Positions 48,461-59,215 of a DNA stretch of 64,000 nt are shown piece after piece; within the stretch, counting starts at the first letter, position 1; each line of letters opens with the position of its first letter. A model generated the notes under the pieces. It saw only the letters and a program-made list of their open reading frames with translations, was not told the DNA's origin and searched no databases. Origin of the DNA: an uncultured Candidatus Rokubacteria bacterium. Lineage in GTDB: Bacteria > Methylomirabilota > Methylomirabilia > Rokubacteriales > CSP1-6. The position numbers and the translations under genes were made by a program. Location of the stretch: contig CAVYTA010000007.1 in NCBI GenBank assembly GCA_963771355.1, positions 416,001 through 480,000 of the forward strand. Reading direction: 5' to 3'.

Positions 48461-50077
48461 GTGTCCGAGGACCCGCATCCGTCGGCCTCGCTCTCCTCCA
48501 CGCGGAAGTGGGCCATCACGATCTCGGTGATGCTGATCACCGTCACCCAGATGATCGACACCAGCATCACCAACGTCGCGCTCCCCCACATGCAGGGCTC
48601 GCTGGCGACGAGCGTGGAGGAGACCTCCTGGGTGCTCACTTCCTATCTCGCCGCGAATGCCATCGCGGTCCCCGCCACCGCGTGGCTCACCGGCCTCCTG
48701 GGCCGCCGCCGGCTCTTCCTGCTCTGCGCCACCGTGTTCACGGCGTCCTCGTTTCTCTCGGGGCTCGCGCCCAATCTGGAATTTCTCGTCGTCATGCGAG
48801 TGATCCAGGGGCTGGGGGGCGGCCCCATCATCCCCATGGCGCAGGCCACCATGTGGGAGATCTTCCCCCTCCGCCAGCGCGGGCTCGCCATGGCGGTCTG
48901 GGGCATGGGCATCATGATGGCGCCCATCCTCGGCCCCACGCTGGGCGGCTGGATCTGCGACAACTGGTCCTGGCGCTGGATCTTCTACGTGAACCTCCCC
49001 ATCGGCGTGGTCGGGTTCCTCATGGCGAGCGCCTTCCTCTTCGACTCCCCCTATTCGCGCAAGGCCTCCTCGGTCGACTGGCAGGGTCTGGTCTTGATGG
49101 TGATCGGCTTCGGCTCACTCCAGCTCATGCTCGACCGCGGGGAGCGGGCAGACTGGTTCGAGTCCACCGCCATCACCGCGCTCGCCCTGCTCGCCGCCTT
49201 CGCCATTGCCTGCTTCCTCTATCGCGAGTTGACCGCCGATGAGCCCATCCTCAACCTCACCGTGTTCAACGACCGGAACTTCGCCGTCGGCTCCCTGGTG
49301 ATGGCGACGGTGGGGTTCGGCTTCTACTCGAGCACGGTGCTGCTGGCGCTCTATACGCAGAAGGTGATGGCTTACGACGCGTGGACATCGGGACTGGTGC
49401 TGGCGCCGGGCGGGCTCGGCAATATGGCCGCACTGCTCATCTCGGGTCGCCTGGTGACCCGAATGGATCAGCGGCTGCTGCTCGGCGTCGGCTGCGCGCT
49501 CAACATCACGGCCTTCGTCCTGATGACCAATATCTCGCTCGGCATGGACTACTACGCGCTCGCCCTGCCCCGCTTCATCCAGGGACTGGGCCAGGGGTTC
49601 ACCTTCGTGCCGCTGCAAACCCTCGCCCTGGCCACCGTCCCCATGCAGCGGCTGTCCAACGCCACCGCGGCCTACAACGTGGTGCGGAACTTCGGCGGCA
49701 GCATGGGCATCGCCATGGCCACCACCCTGCTGGCCCGGCGCAGCCAGTACCATCAGTCGACCCTGGCCGGCCACGTGACGGTGTGGGATCCGGAGACGGC
49801 CGCCCGCCTGAAGGAATGGACCGGCCATTTTGTTGGCCAGGGCGCGGACGGCTTCACCGCCCAGCGCCGGGCGGTGGCCATGCTCTACCGCGGCACCCAG
49901 GATCAGGCGCAGGTGCTGGCCTATGCCGATGCCTACGTGGTCCTGGTGATCCTCTTCGTGGGGATCGTCTTCCTGCTGCCGCTGATGCGGCGGGTGCGCG
50001 TGGACCAGACCGGCCCGAAGGCGGCGCGGCCCGCGGAGGGCCGGGCCGAGGCGGTGTCCGGCGCCGCCGCCGACTAG
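48461..50077 (+). CDS. DHA2 family MFS efflux permease (EmrB/QacA)
   Basis: IDTSITNVALP, WVLTSYL, WRWIFYVNLPIG; about 14 TM. Confidence 0.93.
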   Translation: MSEDPHPSASLSSTRKWAITISVMLITVTQMIDTSITNVALPHMQGSLATSVEETSWVLTSYLAANAIAVPATAWLTGLLGRRRLFLLCATVFTASSFLSGLAPNLEFLVVMRVIQGLGGGPIIPMAQATMWEIFPLRQRGLAMAVWGMGIMMAPILGPTLGGWICDNWSWRWIFYVNLPIGVVGFLMASAFLFDSPYSRKASSVDWQGLVLMVIGFGSLQLMLDRGERADWFESTAITALALLAAFAIACFLYRELTADEPILNLTVFNDRNFAVGSLVMATVGFGFYSSTVLLALYTQKVMAYDAWTSGLVLAPGGLGNMAALLISGRLVTRMDQRLLLGVGCALNITAFVLMTNISLGMDYYALALPRFIQGLGQGFTFVPLQTLALATVPMQRLSNATAAYNVVRNFGGSMGIAMATTLLARRSQYHQSTLAGHVTVWDPETAARLKEWTGHFVGQGADGFTAQRRAVAMLYRGTQDQAQVLAYADAYVVLVILFVGIVFLLPLMRRVRVDQTGPKAARPAEGRAEAVSGAAAD

Positions 50078-50117
50078 GGTTGGGGAATCTGCCCCGATCC
50101 TCGCGCAAACTTCGCGG

Positions 50118-51221
50118 TCAATTGGCGGGAATGGTGAGCACCGCCCCCGGGGCCTTTTCGCCGGTGTCCGCCAACGTCATGAGGATCAGGAGGAACGTGA
50201 ACACCCCCTTGGACTTCAGGTCACGGTTCTCGATCCAGTACCAGAGATCGCCATAACGGACCGCGGCGAAAGAGGCCTCCGGCCGGGATGGACCGCTCGC
50301 AATGCGAATGATGGGCGCCAGAGCGTCATCGCCGTCCGCGGGGCGCGGGGGCGCCGGAAAGGCGAGGCCATCGCGCACATGGTCTGCGGGGACGTCGACG
50401 AACGCCGACAGCTCGAGGAGTATCCCCATCCCCGAGCGAGTCTGCATGGCAATCACGTCGTCGCGGCCTGTCCACGGTCCGAAAACAACCCGGAACTCGG
50501 ACTTTTCGTGGCTCAGCCCCAGGAGCGTCCTGACCACCTCCCGATCGGCTTGAATGTCCGGCGGAACGTCCTTCCCGGGGAAGGTCATGACAATTCCTTC
50601 GCGCTTGGTCTCCTTGTCCGCCTCGGCGCGGAATCCCACGGTGCCGGACTCCTGGATCCGCCAGAGGGCCCTGACCAGCCGTAGAAAGTCCGGGTCCGGT
50701 GGCCTCCCCCGTCCTCCGGCCCTGCCGTTCGAGAGCCCGTTGACGGTCTGCAGCGTGACGGGGAGCAAGATATCCGCTCGGTAGCCCGCCTGGAGCAACT
50801 CCATCAGTCGGATGGGCGGAATCGGAGTCATCATGGTCCGGATGAAGCCGGGCCCGGTAAGGGGCACATAGGTAACCGTGGGCCGGTCGGTGTACTGGCC
50901 CTGGGCGCCCAGGCCAATGCTGCTGTTGGGAACACCCGGGACGACGGTGGTGGTATTGAAGACGCTGCCCGCGGCCGAGAACGAGCTTTGCAGCTGGTAG
51001 CTGCTGACGATCTGCCCCACATCCACGAAGATCGGCGTGTCGGCGTAGCGCAGCTTGACGATGTTGAGGAGCATCTGCTGCTTCCAGGAGTTGGCCACCG
51101 CCGAGGTGTAGTCGAGCCGGTCACGGTCAAGCGTGGCCGCACCGTAGCTCGCGCAGCCGGAGAGGCAGGCCGCGCCCACCAGGACACCGATCCGCGCGGC
51201 AAGGGCACCACCGTTGGGCAT
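50118..51221 (-). CDS. Hypothetical lipoprotein
   Basis: Lipobox [31 protein letters not shown]. Confidence 0.8.
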   Translation of the reverse strand: MPNGGALAARIGVLVGAACLSGCASYGAATLDRDRLDYTSAVANSWKQQMLLNIVKLRYADTPIFVDVGQIVSSYQLQSSFSAAGSVFNTTTVVPGVPNSSIGLGAQGQYTDRPTVTYVPLTGPGFIRTMMTPIPPIRLMELLQAGYRADILLPVTLQTVNGLSNGRAGGRGRPPDPDFLRLVRALWRIQESGTVGFRAEADKETKREGIVMTFPGKDVPPDIQADREVVRTLLGLSHEKSEFRVVFGPWTGRDDVIAMQTRSGMGILLELSAFVDVPADHVRDGLAFPAPPRPADGDDALAPIIRIASGPSRPEASFAAVRYGDLWYWIENRDLKSKGVFTFLLILMTLADTGEKAPGAVLTIPAN

Positions 51222-51620
51222 CGGATCGGAACGTACCGCTCAAGTCGCAGGTCACCTATACGACCAAAGTCCTAGTTGGCCGGTCCCCACGAATCACCTA
51301 TTGCCTCGGAGTCCGCGGGAGCGACGGCCTGCCTCGGGACATCCATCTCGGTAGGATGAGCGGTTTCGACCTTCAGCAACACCTGGCCACCGCCGGCGTC
51401 CCGCCCACGACGATTCAGTCACGCGCGAGCGCGCCCGATCGGGCTTGGCCTACCTAGGGAAGCCTTTCCGCGAAGGCGCGCTCCTCGGCGCTATCCAGTG
51501 GGCGCTAGAGGGCCGTCGGGCCTAGGTCCTAGGTCCTATAGAGGAGCGTTCGACCTCGCCCCTATTCTGATCGTCAGCATCAACGACCTCGAAGACCCGC
51601 TAAAAGGGGAGGGACGAGCC

Positions 51621-52100
51621 ATGACATCTCAAGTTCGAGCCGTGATATTGATTTCGGCCTTCATGGCCTGTCTGCTAGGGGGAGTGGCGGGCGCGGAGGG
51701 CGAGCCCGCGGACCTGATGGAGACTCTCCGCGAGAAGGCGCGCGCGGACGAGAAGCTGATGGTGGGGGCGGCGCTCAACCTCACGGAGGGCGAGGCCAAG
51801 ACCTTTTGGCCCGTCTACCACTCCTATCAGAGCGACATGATCACCTATTACAGCCGGGTTGCCAAGTTCCTCGGCACGTGCGCGCAGGCGTACGGGTCGA
51901 TAACCGACGAGACCGCCACCCAGCTGCTCGGCGAGTTCCTGGCGCTCGAGACAGATCACGTGGCGATTCTGAAGTCATACGCGCCGCGGTTCCGGCGCGT
52001 CCTGCCGCCCGTGAAGGTCGTGCGTCTCTACCAGATCGAGAACGAGCTGCGCACGCTCGTGAACTACGAGATCGCCCGCGAGATTCCGCTCGTCAAGTGA
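51621..52100 (+). CDS. Hypothetical exported helical protein
   Basis: Signal peptide; LNLTEGEAKTFWPVY, LYQIEN. Confidence 0.75.
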   Translation: MTSQVRAVILISAFMACLLGGVAGAEGEPADLMETLREKARADEKLMVGAALNLTEGEAKTFWPVYHSYQSDMITYYSRVAKFLGTCAQAYGSITDETATQLLGEFLALETDHVAILKSYAPRFRRVLPPVKVVRLYQIENELRTLVNYEIAREIPLVK

Positions 52101-52145
52101 CCGAGGGGAACGACCGCTCGATTCGACGTGATGAGGAGAGCGATC

Positions 52146-53675
52146 ATGCGTGCCGCGACCGACAAGATTCGGCGAAGCGTTCTGAGGCGTGGGTGCGTCA
52201 TGCTGAGCCTTGCCTGCTTCTACTTCCTGTCCGGGGGCCCCGCGCTTGCCCAGCCGCAGGCTCCGCAGAAGGCGGCGGGCGGGGCCCTCACCATCGATCT
52301 CGCGGCGATGCAGAAGCCGTGGACCGGCGATCTGGACGCGATGATCGACCGGCGGACCATCCGCGTGCTGACCGTGAACAGCAAGACCTCCTATTTCCTC
52401 GACAAGGGGGTGCAGCGGGGCATCGTCGTTGACTACTTCGGGGTGTTCGAGAATGAGCTCAACAAGAAGCTTGCCGCCGAAAAGAAGCTCAAGGACAAGA
52501 ACCTGAAGGTGCGGGTGGTATTCATCCCAGTACGACGCGACCAGTTACTGCCCGGGCTTGCCGCCGGCAAGGGCGACATCGCCGCTGCCAATCTCACGAT
52601 CACGCCGGAGCGCCAGAAACTGGTGGACTTCTCCGCCGCCGGTCTGAGCAACGTCAGAGAGATCGTAGTGTCGGGGCCTGTCTCACCGAAAGTCGCCAGC
52701 CTGGACGATCTCTCCGGCAAGGCCGTCTTCGTGCGCAAGTCGTCGACTTACTACGAGAGCCTCGTTACGCTCAACAAGAAGTTTGCGGCCGAGAAGAAGC
52801 CGCCGGTCGCGCTCAAGGAAGCGCCCGAGACGCTGGAGGACGAGGATCTGCTCGAGATGCTCAACGCCGGTCTCATAGAGCTTGTCGTCGTTGACAAGCA
52901 CCTTGCGGACTTCTGGAAGCAGATATTCCCGAAGCTCACGGTGCACGACGACGTCGCGGTTCGCACCGGCGGCGAGGTCGCGTGGGCGATCCGCAAGGGC
53001 AGCCCGCAGCTCAAGGCGGCGGTGGACGATTTCGCCGCGCGCAACAAGGTCGGGACCGCGACCGGCAACCAGGTCCTGACGCGCTACCTGAAGAACGTCA
53101 AATATGTAAAGAATGCGGCCTCCGAGAAGGAGCGCAAGAAGTTCCTGGCGCTGCTCCAGTATTTCCAGAAATACGGTGAGAAGTATGATGTGGACTGGGT
53201 GCTGATGGGTGCGCAGGGCTACCAAGAGTCGCAGCTCAACCAGAGTGCAAAGAGTTCGGCGGGCGCCATCGGAGTCATGCAGGTGATGCCCGCGACCGGC
53301 AAGGAAATGAAGGTGGGCGACATCACGGAAACCGAGGCAAACATCCACGCCGGCATCAAGTACATGCGCTTCATGATCGACCAGTACTACGAGAAGGAGC
53401 CGATGACGAAGCTTGACAAGGCGCTGTTCGCCTTCGCGTCGTACAACGCGGGCCCCGCCCGCGTCCGGCAGCTCCGGCAGGAGGCCGCCAAGCGCGGGCT
53501 CGACCCCAACGTCTGGTTTCAGAACGTGGAGTATGTCGCGGCCGAAAAGGTCGGCCCCGAAACGGTGACCTACGTCAGCAACATCTACAAGTACTACATA
53601 ACGTACCGCCTGGTTCTGGAGAGTCGAGCGACCAAGAAGGAAGCGGTCGAGAAGATCAAGGCTGGCGCCAAGTAA
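52146..53675 (+). CDS. MltF-like lytic transglycosylase (SBP3 domain + SLT)
   Basis: GDIAAANLTITPER; YQES catalytic Glu, GVMQVMP, ASYNAGP, ETVTYV; start uncertain. Confidence 0.9.
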   Translation: MRAATDKIRRSVLRRGCVMLSLACFYFLSGGPALAQPQAPQKAAGGALTIDLAAMQKPWTGDLDAMIDRRTIRVLTVNSKTSYFLDKGVQRGIVVDYFGVFENELNKKLAAEKKLKDKNLKVRVVFIPVRRDQLLPGLAAGKGDIAAANLTITPERQKLVDFSAAGLSNVREIVVSGPVSPKVASLDDLSGKAVFVRKSSTYYESLVTLNKKFAAEKKPPVALKEAPETLEDEDLLEMLNAGLIELVVVDKHLADFWKQIFPKLTVHDDVAVRTGGEVAWAIRKGSPQLKAAVDDFAARNKVGTATGNQVLTRYLKNVKYVKNAASEKERKKFLALLQYFQKYGEKYDVDWVLMGAQGYQESQLNQSAKSSAGAIGVMQVMPATGKEMKVGDITETEANIHAGIKYMRFMIDQYYEKEPMTKLDKALFAFASYNAGPARVRQLRQEAAKRGLDPNVWFQNVEYVAAEKVGPETVTYVSNIYKYYITYRLVLESRATKKEAVEKIKAGAK

Positions 53676-53760
53676 GACATGCTCCGTGTGATCAATGCGT
53701 GGAGGAGGGAATGCAACGACCTGCTCGGCTATTTAGTCCCGTTGAAGCCGCACTAGCGCC

Positions 53761-53983
53761 TCAGCGCGACGAGAAGCGCCAGCGGCGATAGCGCCAGGCT
53801 CCCCGCTCGGCGAGGCGCCCCTCCGCGATCAACGTCGCGCCCTCAGCCGCGAAGTCGAAGATCTTGACCACCCCGGCGCGCCTCGTCCACCACGGAGTCG
53901 GTCTCGGTGAGGAAGACCTCGTCGAGGAGGCCCGCGGCATGGGGTCGCCGCGCCGTCTGCAGATGCCACCGGATGCGCGCCAT
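53761..53983 (-). pseudogene. Possible frameshifted remnant resembling a RibD/DHFR C-terminus
   Basis: AGLLDEVFLT then, in another frame, VKIFDFAAEGATLIAEG. Confidence 0.3.
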
Positions 53984-55905
53984 CACGCCGGTCCGCCGTC
54001 CTCCTGCCGTGGCTCCACCACCGCGAACATGAGCGTGAAGTCGTCGAAGAGGCCGAAGAGCTCGGCGAGCCTGGCCGCGTCGCCATCCACCACCACCAGC
54101 CCCGCCGCCACCGCGTCGGCGACGGCGATCTCACGAAGGATGAGGCGGTTGAGGGCGGGGCGGTCGAGGGTGACGGTGAGGTCGGCGTCGGGGCCGGGCC
54201 GGCCGGCGCGGTAGGTCAGCGCGCCGTGCTCGAGAGTCAAGGCGTAGCGCTCGCCGGTGTCGGTCAGCACCCAGTTCACGGTGAGGGACTTGCCGTCGGC
54301 GCGGTCGGCGTCGAGCCGCACCGCGAGATAGTCGAAGAAGAGGTCGAGGCTCATCGACCGCACGAGGTCCGGGCTCACCGGAGCGCGGGCGGCCGGGTTG
54401 GGCCGGCCCTGCCGGAGCTCGAGCGCGCCGAGCAGATAGGCGTTGCGCCAGGTCGCCGACTCCGCCTGATAGCCGAGCTGCTCCAGCGCGTCGGCGCCGA
54501 GGGCGCGCGCATCCAGGTTTCCGGGGTCGGCGAAGACGAGGTGGCTCATCGCCTCCGCCACGAACCGGTACTCGCCGCGCCCAAAATCCTCGCGCGCCCG
54601 CGCCAGCGCGGCGACGGCCCCGCCCATGTACTCGACGTATTTCCGCGCCCGCGCCACCGGTGGCAGGGGATTGAGATTGGCGGGATTGGCGTCGTACCAG
54701 CCGAGATAGCGCTGGTACACCGCCTTCGCGTTGTGGCTCAGCGTGCCGTAGTAGCCGCGCACGTGCCAGGTGCGCGCGAGGCTCCGCGGCAGCACGAGCC
54801 GCTCCGCGATCTCGGCAGCCCGGTAGCCGTGGTTCATGAGGCGCACCGTCTGGTCATGGAGGTACTTGTAGAGGTCGCGCTGCTTGCGGAGAAAATCCTC
54901 CAGCCGCGCGCGGCCCCACACCGGCCAGTGGTGCTGGGCGAAGACCACGTCGGCGCCGGGGGCGAAGCGAGCCAGCGCCTCGTCGATGTACTTCGCCCAG
55001 GCATTGGCGTCGCGCACCTGGGCGCCGCGGATGGGATAGGTATTGTGCAGGTTGTGGGTGGCGTTCTCGGCGAGGTTCAGCGCCCGCAGCGCCGGATAGA
55101 ACATGTGCATCTCGGCGGGCGCTTCCGTGTCCGGGGTGACCTGGAACACCATCTCCACGCCGTCCAGCCGATGCGTCTCGAAGGGCTCCGTCACGGTGAC
55201 GGTGGGCGGGATCAGGGTGACGGTGCCGCGCGAGGTGCCCTTACCCAGCCCGGCATCCACCTGGCCGCGGGGGCCCTTCGGCAGCGTGGCGCCGAACTGG
55301 AACTGCGCGCGGCGGATCATGGGCGTGCCGGCGAGCACGGCCTCGGAGACCACTTCCTCCATGAAGCCGACGGGCGCGATCACCGGCACGCGGCCCGCGC
55401 GCACGTCGGCCTCGTCCACCACCCCGCGGACACCGCCATAGTGATCGGTATGGCTATGGCTGTAGATCACCGCCGTCACCGGCCGCCGGCCCCGATGCTG
55501 GGCGTACAGCTCGAGCCCGGCCCGGGCGGTCTCCGTCGAGATCAGGGGATCGACCACGATGACGCCCGTCTCGCCCTCGATGAGCGTCATGTTGGAGATG
55601 TCGAAGCCGCGGATCTGGTAGATCCGATCGGTGACCTGGAAGAGCCCGTTGGCGAGGTTGAGCCGCGCCTGCCGCCAGAGGCTCGGGTTCACCGTGGGCG
55701 GCGCGGCCTCGGCGGCGAGAAAGGCGTAGTCGGAGAGGCTCCAGACCACGCGGCCCTGCGCGTTGCGGATCTCCACCTCGGGGAGCGTGCCGAGGAATCC
55801 ACGTCCCGCGTCCTCGAAGTCCGCGCGGTCCTCGAAGGGCAGCGCCTCGAGGACCGCGCGGTGTGTCGCCAGCGTGTGGGGAGTGGCGTCCTTCGGTTCG
55901 CTCAC
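53983..55905 (-). CDS. Alkyl sulfatase (SdsA1/YjcS-like, MBL fold + SCP2)
   Basis: HSHTDH, NPSLWRQA, RGYYGT, YLGWYDANPANL. Confidence 0.94.
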   Translation of the reverse strand: MSEPKDATPHTLATHRAVLEALPFEDRADFEDAGRGFLGTLPEVEIRNAQGRVVWSLSDYAFLAAEAAPPTVNPSLWRQARLNLANGLFQVTDRIYQIRGFDISNMTLIEGETGVIVVDPLISTETARAGLELYAQHRGRRPVTAVIYSHSHTDHYGGVRGVVDEADVRAGRVPVIAPVGFMEEVVSEAVLAGTPMIRRAQFQFGATLPKGPRGQVDAGLGKGTSRGTVTLIPPTVTVTEPFETHRLDGVEMVFQVTPDTEAPAEMHMFYPALRALNLAENATHNLHNTYPIRGAQVRDANAWAKYIDEALARFAPGADVVFAQHHWPVWGRARLEDFLRKQRDLYKYLHDQTVRLMNHGYRAAEIAERLVLPRSLARTWHVRGYYGTLSHNAKAVYQRYLGWYDANPANLNPLPPVARARKYVEYMGGAVAALARAREDFGRGEYRFVAEAMSHLVFADPGNLDARALGADALEQLGYQAESATWRNAYLLGALELRQGRPNPAARAPVSPDLVRSMSLDLFFDYLAVRLDADRADGKSLTVNWVLTDTGERYALTLEHGALTYRAGRPGPDADLTVTLDRPALNRLILREIAVADAVAAGLVVVDGDAARLAELFGLFDDFTLMFAVVEPRQEDGGPA

Positions 55906-56774
55906 CCCAGCTGCTTGTGCACGAACTCGATGATCCGCGCGATGGCCTGCCGGGTGCCCTCGGAGTTCGGGTTCTTGGTGAAGAACCCCTCCGTCTCGCC
56001 CTCGTAGAGCTCGAGCTCCACCTGCCCCCCCGCCTTGCGATACGCGGCGACGAAGCGGTCGAGGTCGGGGCGGGGATGTGCGACGTCCTTGGTGCCCTGG
56101 ACGTACAGTGCCGGTGGCAGCTCCACTTGCTCGCCGCGCTCGAGCGCGAGGACGGGGTTGCCCTCCGCCATCGCCGCCTCGGTCACCCAGTACTGATCGT
56201 GGAGCGGCAGCACGCGGTCCACCACCTCGGGGTAGGGTGCGCCGCCCGCCTTGAGCTTCTTGGCGTAGTGATAGCGCGCGAGGGGATCGATGACCGGCCA
56301 GCCGAGCACCACGCAGCGGACGGTGGCCTCCTGCGGCGCGTTGCCCGCCGGCAGCGGGATCGCCGCGTAGCGTGGATCACGCGGCCGCATCGCGACCAGC
56401 ATGGCCTGATGCGAGCCGCTGGAATAGCCCATGAGCCCCACGCGGTCCGCGCGGCTCCCCAGGGATCCGGCGCGCGACTTGAACCAGCGCACCGCGTAGT
56501 TGATGTCGGCCAGCGACGCGGGGTAACCCGCCACCGGCGGCATGCGAAAGTCGAGCGCGGCCACGAGCACGCCGCTCTTCGCGAGCGCCTCGTTGACGAG
56601 ATTGTCGTTGAGCCGGTCACCACGGCACCAGGCGCCGCCGTGCAGGTCGATGACCAGCGGGAAGGGCCCAGTCCCGCGGGGCTTGAAGAGGCGCGCCAGG
56701 AGTGGCGTGTCCCCGTGGCGGAGATACTCGATGTCCTCGACGTCGATGGCGTGGGTGCCGGCGGTGGCGGTCAT
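55902..56774 (-). CDS. Alpha/beta hydrolase (HSL-like esterase)
   Basis: HGGAW oxyanion motif, GYSSG nucleophile elbow. Confidence 0.88.
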   Translation of the reverse strand: MTATAGTHAIDVEDIEYLRHGDTPLLARLFKPRGTGPFPLVIDLHGGAWCRGDRLNDNLVNEALAKSGVLVAALDFRMPPVAGYPASLADINYAVRWFKSRAGSLGSRADRVGLMGYSSGSHQAMLVAMRPRDPRYAAIPLPAGNAPQEATVRCVVLGWPVIDPLARYHYAKKLKAGGAPYPEVVDRVLPLHDQYWVTEAAMAEGNPVLALERGEQVELPPALYVQGTKDVAHPRPDLDRFVAAYRKAGGQVELELYEGETEGFFTKNPNSEGTRQAIARIIEFVHKQLG

Positions 56775-56843
56775 GGTGTTCCTCCTCGCCCGCAAGCCTG
56801 CGCCCCGCGGGTCCCGTCCGTCAAGGGGGGCGGGGCTGTCCCC

Positions 56844-58421
56844 TCAGCGGGTCCGGTCGCGATCGATGAGCAGGCGCCGCAGGATCTTGCCCGAGGCCGA
56901 CTTCGGGATCTGGTCGATGAATTCCAGGAGCCGGACGCGCTTGTGCGGCGCCACGCGCCCGGCCACCCACGCCATGATGGCGTCGGCCGGCGTGGCCTTG
57001 GCCGCCTCGTCCCCCTTGAGCACGATGAAAGCCTTCGGCACTTCCCCCGCCTCCTCGTCCGGGTGGCGCACCACCGCGACGTCGAGCACCGCGGGATGCG
57101 TGATGAGGAGCGCCTCCAGCTCGGCGGGAGCCACCTGCATGCCCTTGTACTTGATGAGCTCCTTGGTCCGATCGACGATGTAGAAGTAGCCCTCGGGATC
57201 CACCAGCCCCACGTCGCCGGTGTGGTACCAGCCCTCGCGATCGAGACAGGCCGCCGTCTCCTCCGGCTGATTGAGATAACCCCGCATGATCTGCGGGCCG
57301 CGTATCCACAGCTCACCTTCCTTGCCCGCGGGCACGTCTTCGCCCGTGACCACGTCGGCGATCTTCACCTCCGTGTTCGGCACGATGCAGCCGACGGATC
57401 CGGGCTTCATCGGCGCGTTACGGGTGGGGCTCAGGTGCGTCACCGGGCTGGCCTCCGTCATGCCATAGCCCTGCGTCACCGGGCAGCCCAGCTTCCGGCT
57501 GAGCTCGCGCGCCATCTCCTCGCCCAGCGGCGCCGCGCCCGAGAAGACGAGCCGGACGCTCGAGAGGTCGAACTGCGCCACCATGGGGTGCTTGACCAGG
57601 CCGAGCACGATGGGCGGCACGAGGGGGAGAATGGTGATCTTGTGCTTCTGGACGAGCCCGAGGAATTCCGCGAGGTCGAAGCGCGGCATGGACACGATGG
57701 TCCCGCCGCCGGCCAGCCCCAGCATCATGATCACCACCATCCCGTAGATGTGGAAGAAGGGCAGCACCGCGACGACGACGTCGCGCTCGCCGAAGGCCTC
57801 GAAGTTCTTCATGCCTTCGCACTGGCAGAGATTCGCCACCAGGTTCCGGTGGGTGAGCATGACGCCCTTGGGCAGGCCGGTGGTGCCGCTCGAGTAGGGG
57901 AGCACGACGAGGTCGTTCGCCGGATCGAGGGCAACCGTGGGCGGATCACCGCCGCCCTGGAGCAGCTCGGCGAAAGGTCGGGCGCCCTCGGCGGCGCCGA
58001 ACACGAACACGGCCTCCACGCCGCTCTTCCGCGCCGCCTCCTGCGCCTTGTCGAGGAAGGGCGGGACCGTCACCAGGAACCGCGCTCGGGAGTCCACGAG
58101 CTGCTTGGCGAGCTCGTCGGCGGTGTAGAGCGGGTTCACCGTGGTGTTGATCCCACCCACCGACGCGACCGCCAGGAAGATCACCGCATACTCGGGCAGG
58201 TTCGGGCTATAGATCGCGAACACATCACCCTTGCGGAAGCCGAGGCGGCTCAAGCCTGCGGCGGTCCGGCGCACGCCCTCCGCGAGCTGGCCATAGGTGA
58301 GGGTGCGCCCGGTGGGGCCGTCGATGAGAGCGGGCTTGTCGCCGAGGCGAGCCGCGTGCCGCAGCACGTAGTCCGTGATCGACACATCGGGGATGGACAC
58401 CTGGGGACTGGTCGAGAGCAT
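56844..58421 (-). CDS. 4-coumarate-CoA ligase-like AMP-binding enzyme
   Basis: YSSGTTGLPKGV, QGYGMTE, HTGD, DRTKELIKYKG, GKILRR. Confidence 0.93.
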   Translation of the reverse strand: MLSTSPQVSIPDVSITDYVLRHAARLGDKPALIDGPTGRTLTYGQLAEGVRRTAAGLSRLGFRKGDVFAIYSPNLPEYAVIFLAVASVGGINTTVNPLYTADELAKQLVDSRARFLVTVPPFLDKAQEAARKSGVEAVFVFGAAEGARPFAELLQGGGDPPTVALDPANDLVVLPYSSGTTGLPKGVMLTHRNLVANLCQCEGMKNFEAFGERDVVVAVLPFFHIYGMVVIMMLGLAGGGTIVSMPRFDLAEFLGLVQKHKITILPLVPPIVLGLVKHPMVAQFDLSSVRLVFSGAAPLGEEMARELSRKLGCPVTQGYGMTEASPVTHLSPTRNAPMKPGSVGCIVPNTEVKIADVVTGEDVPAGKEGELWIRGPQIMRGYLNQPEETAACLDREGWYHTGDVGLVDPEGYFYIVDRTKELIKYKGMQVAPAELEALLITHPAVLDVAVVRHPDEEAGEVPKAFIVLKGDEAAKATPADAIMAWVAGRVAPHKRVRLLEFIDQIPKSASGKILRRLLIDRDRTR

Positions 58422-58438
58422 GCGGGCCTCCGTGGCGG

Positions 58439-59215
58439 TCAGACGCCGATCAAGGACAGACGGGCGCCCATGGTTTTCTTCGCGTCGAGCGGCCCGGCCT
58501 TGCCCGATCGTGCGGTGAGGGTGGCGTCATGGGGTGAGGCGCCGCGCTGGCCCAGCCATTGCGCGACGGCGCCGTCCGGCCGCGCGGGCGCGAGGAACTC
58601 GAGCGCGTGCGGGCCGGCCATGAACCGCGTGCCGGCGCTGCCCGTCTCCGGGCTCGTGATCGCGGTGCCCGATTGTCCGGTGGCCTTGGTGTACCAGCGG
58701 GACACCGTGGCGAGATCCTCGGTGGCGATGCGCACCGCGCCGATGCCGGTGACGCCGTTGGGGTGCGTCTGCTCGCGGGGCACCCGCTCCTCGCGCGGCG
58801 TCTCGTCATTGATGAGGAAGGGTCCCACGCCGCGATGCGGCCCGCGCGCGAGCGAGAACACCCAGCGGAGCTGGTACCCGTCCGGGCGGACGCGCGACTG
58901 CGAGACCGGGTCGGCGATGTCGACGCCGGCGTCGCGAAAGGCGCGCGTGTCGCCCATGAGGTCGTCGGTCTGGAGGCAATAGTCCACCAGCCCGCCCCCA
59001 CGCTGCAGCGCGGCCCACCACCGATGGTCGGGATTGTCGCGGTAGAACCCGATCAGCTCGAGGTACGAGCCGTCGGCGAAGGCGATGAGCGTGTTGTAGG
59101 TCCCCACCGGGTGCCGCCCGCCCGGCACCACGGTGAAGCCGAGCTCCCCGTAGGCCCGCGTGGCGGCCTCGAGATCCTTCACCGCGATGACGAGATGATC
59201 GATGCCGGTGATCAT
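58439..59215 (-). CDS. VOC/glyoxalase-like protein
   Basis: MITGIDHLVIAV, GGRHP.GTYNTLI..DGSYLELI, HPNGVTGI. Confidence 0.88.
   Translation of the reverse strand: MITGIDHLVIAVKDLEAATRAYGELGFTVVPGGRHPVGTYNTLIAFADGSYLELIGFYRDNPDHRWWAALQRGGGLVDYCLQTDDLMGDTRAFRDAGVDIADPVSQSRVRPDGYQLRWVFSLARGPHRGVGPFLINDETPREERVPREQTHPNGVTGIGAVRIATEDLATVSRWYTKATGQSGTAITSPETGSAGTRFMAGPHALEFLAPARPDGAVAQWLGQRGASPHDATLTARSGKAGPLDAKKTMGARLSLIGV

Noticed and set aside
55863..58982. 1039-aa plus-strand ORF and similar long antisense ORFs (17987-19915, 46022-48427, 37660-39438, 61665-63746)
   Set aside because: They mirror well-supported genes on the opposite strand; stop-poor shadow frames are expected at this GC content and show no motifs.
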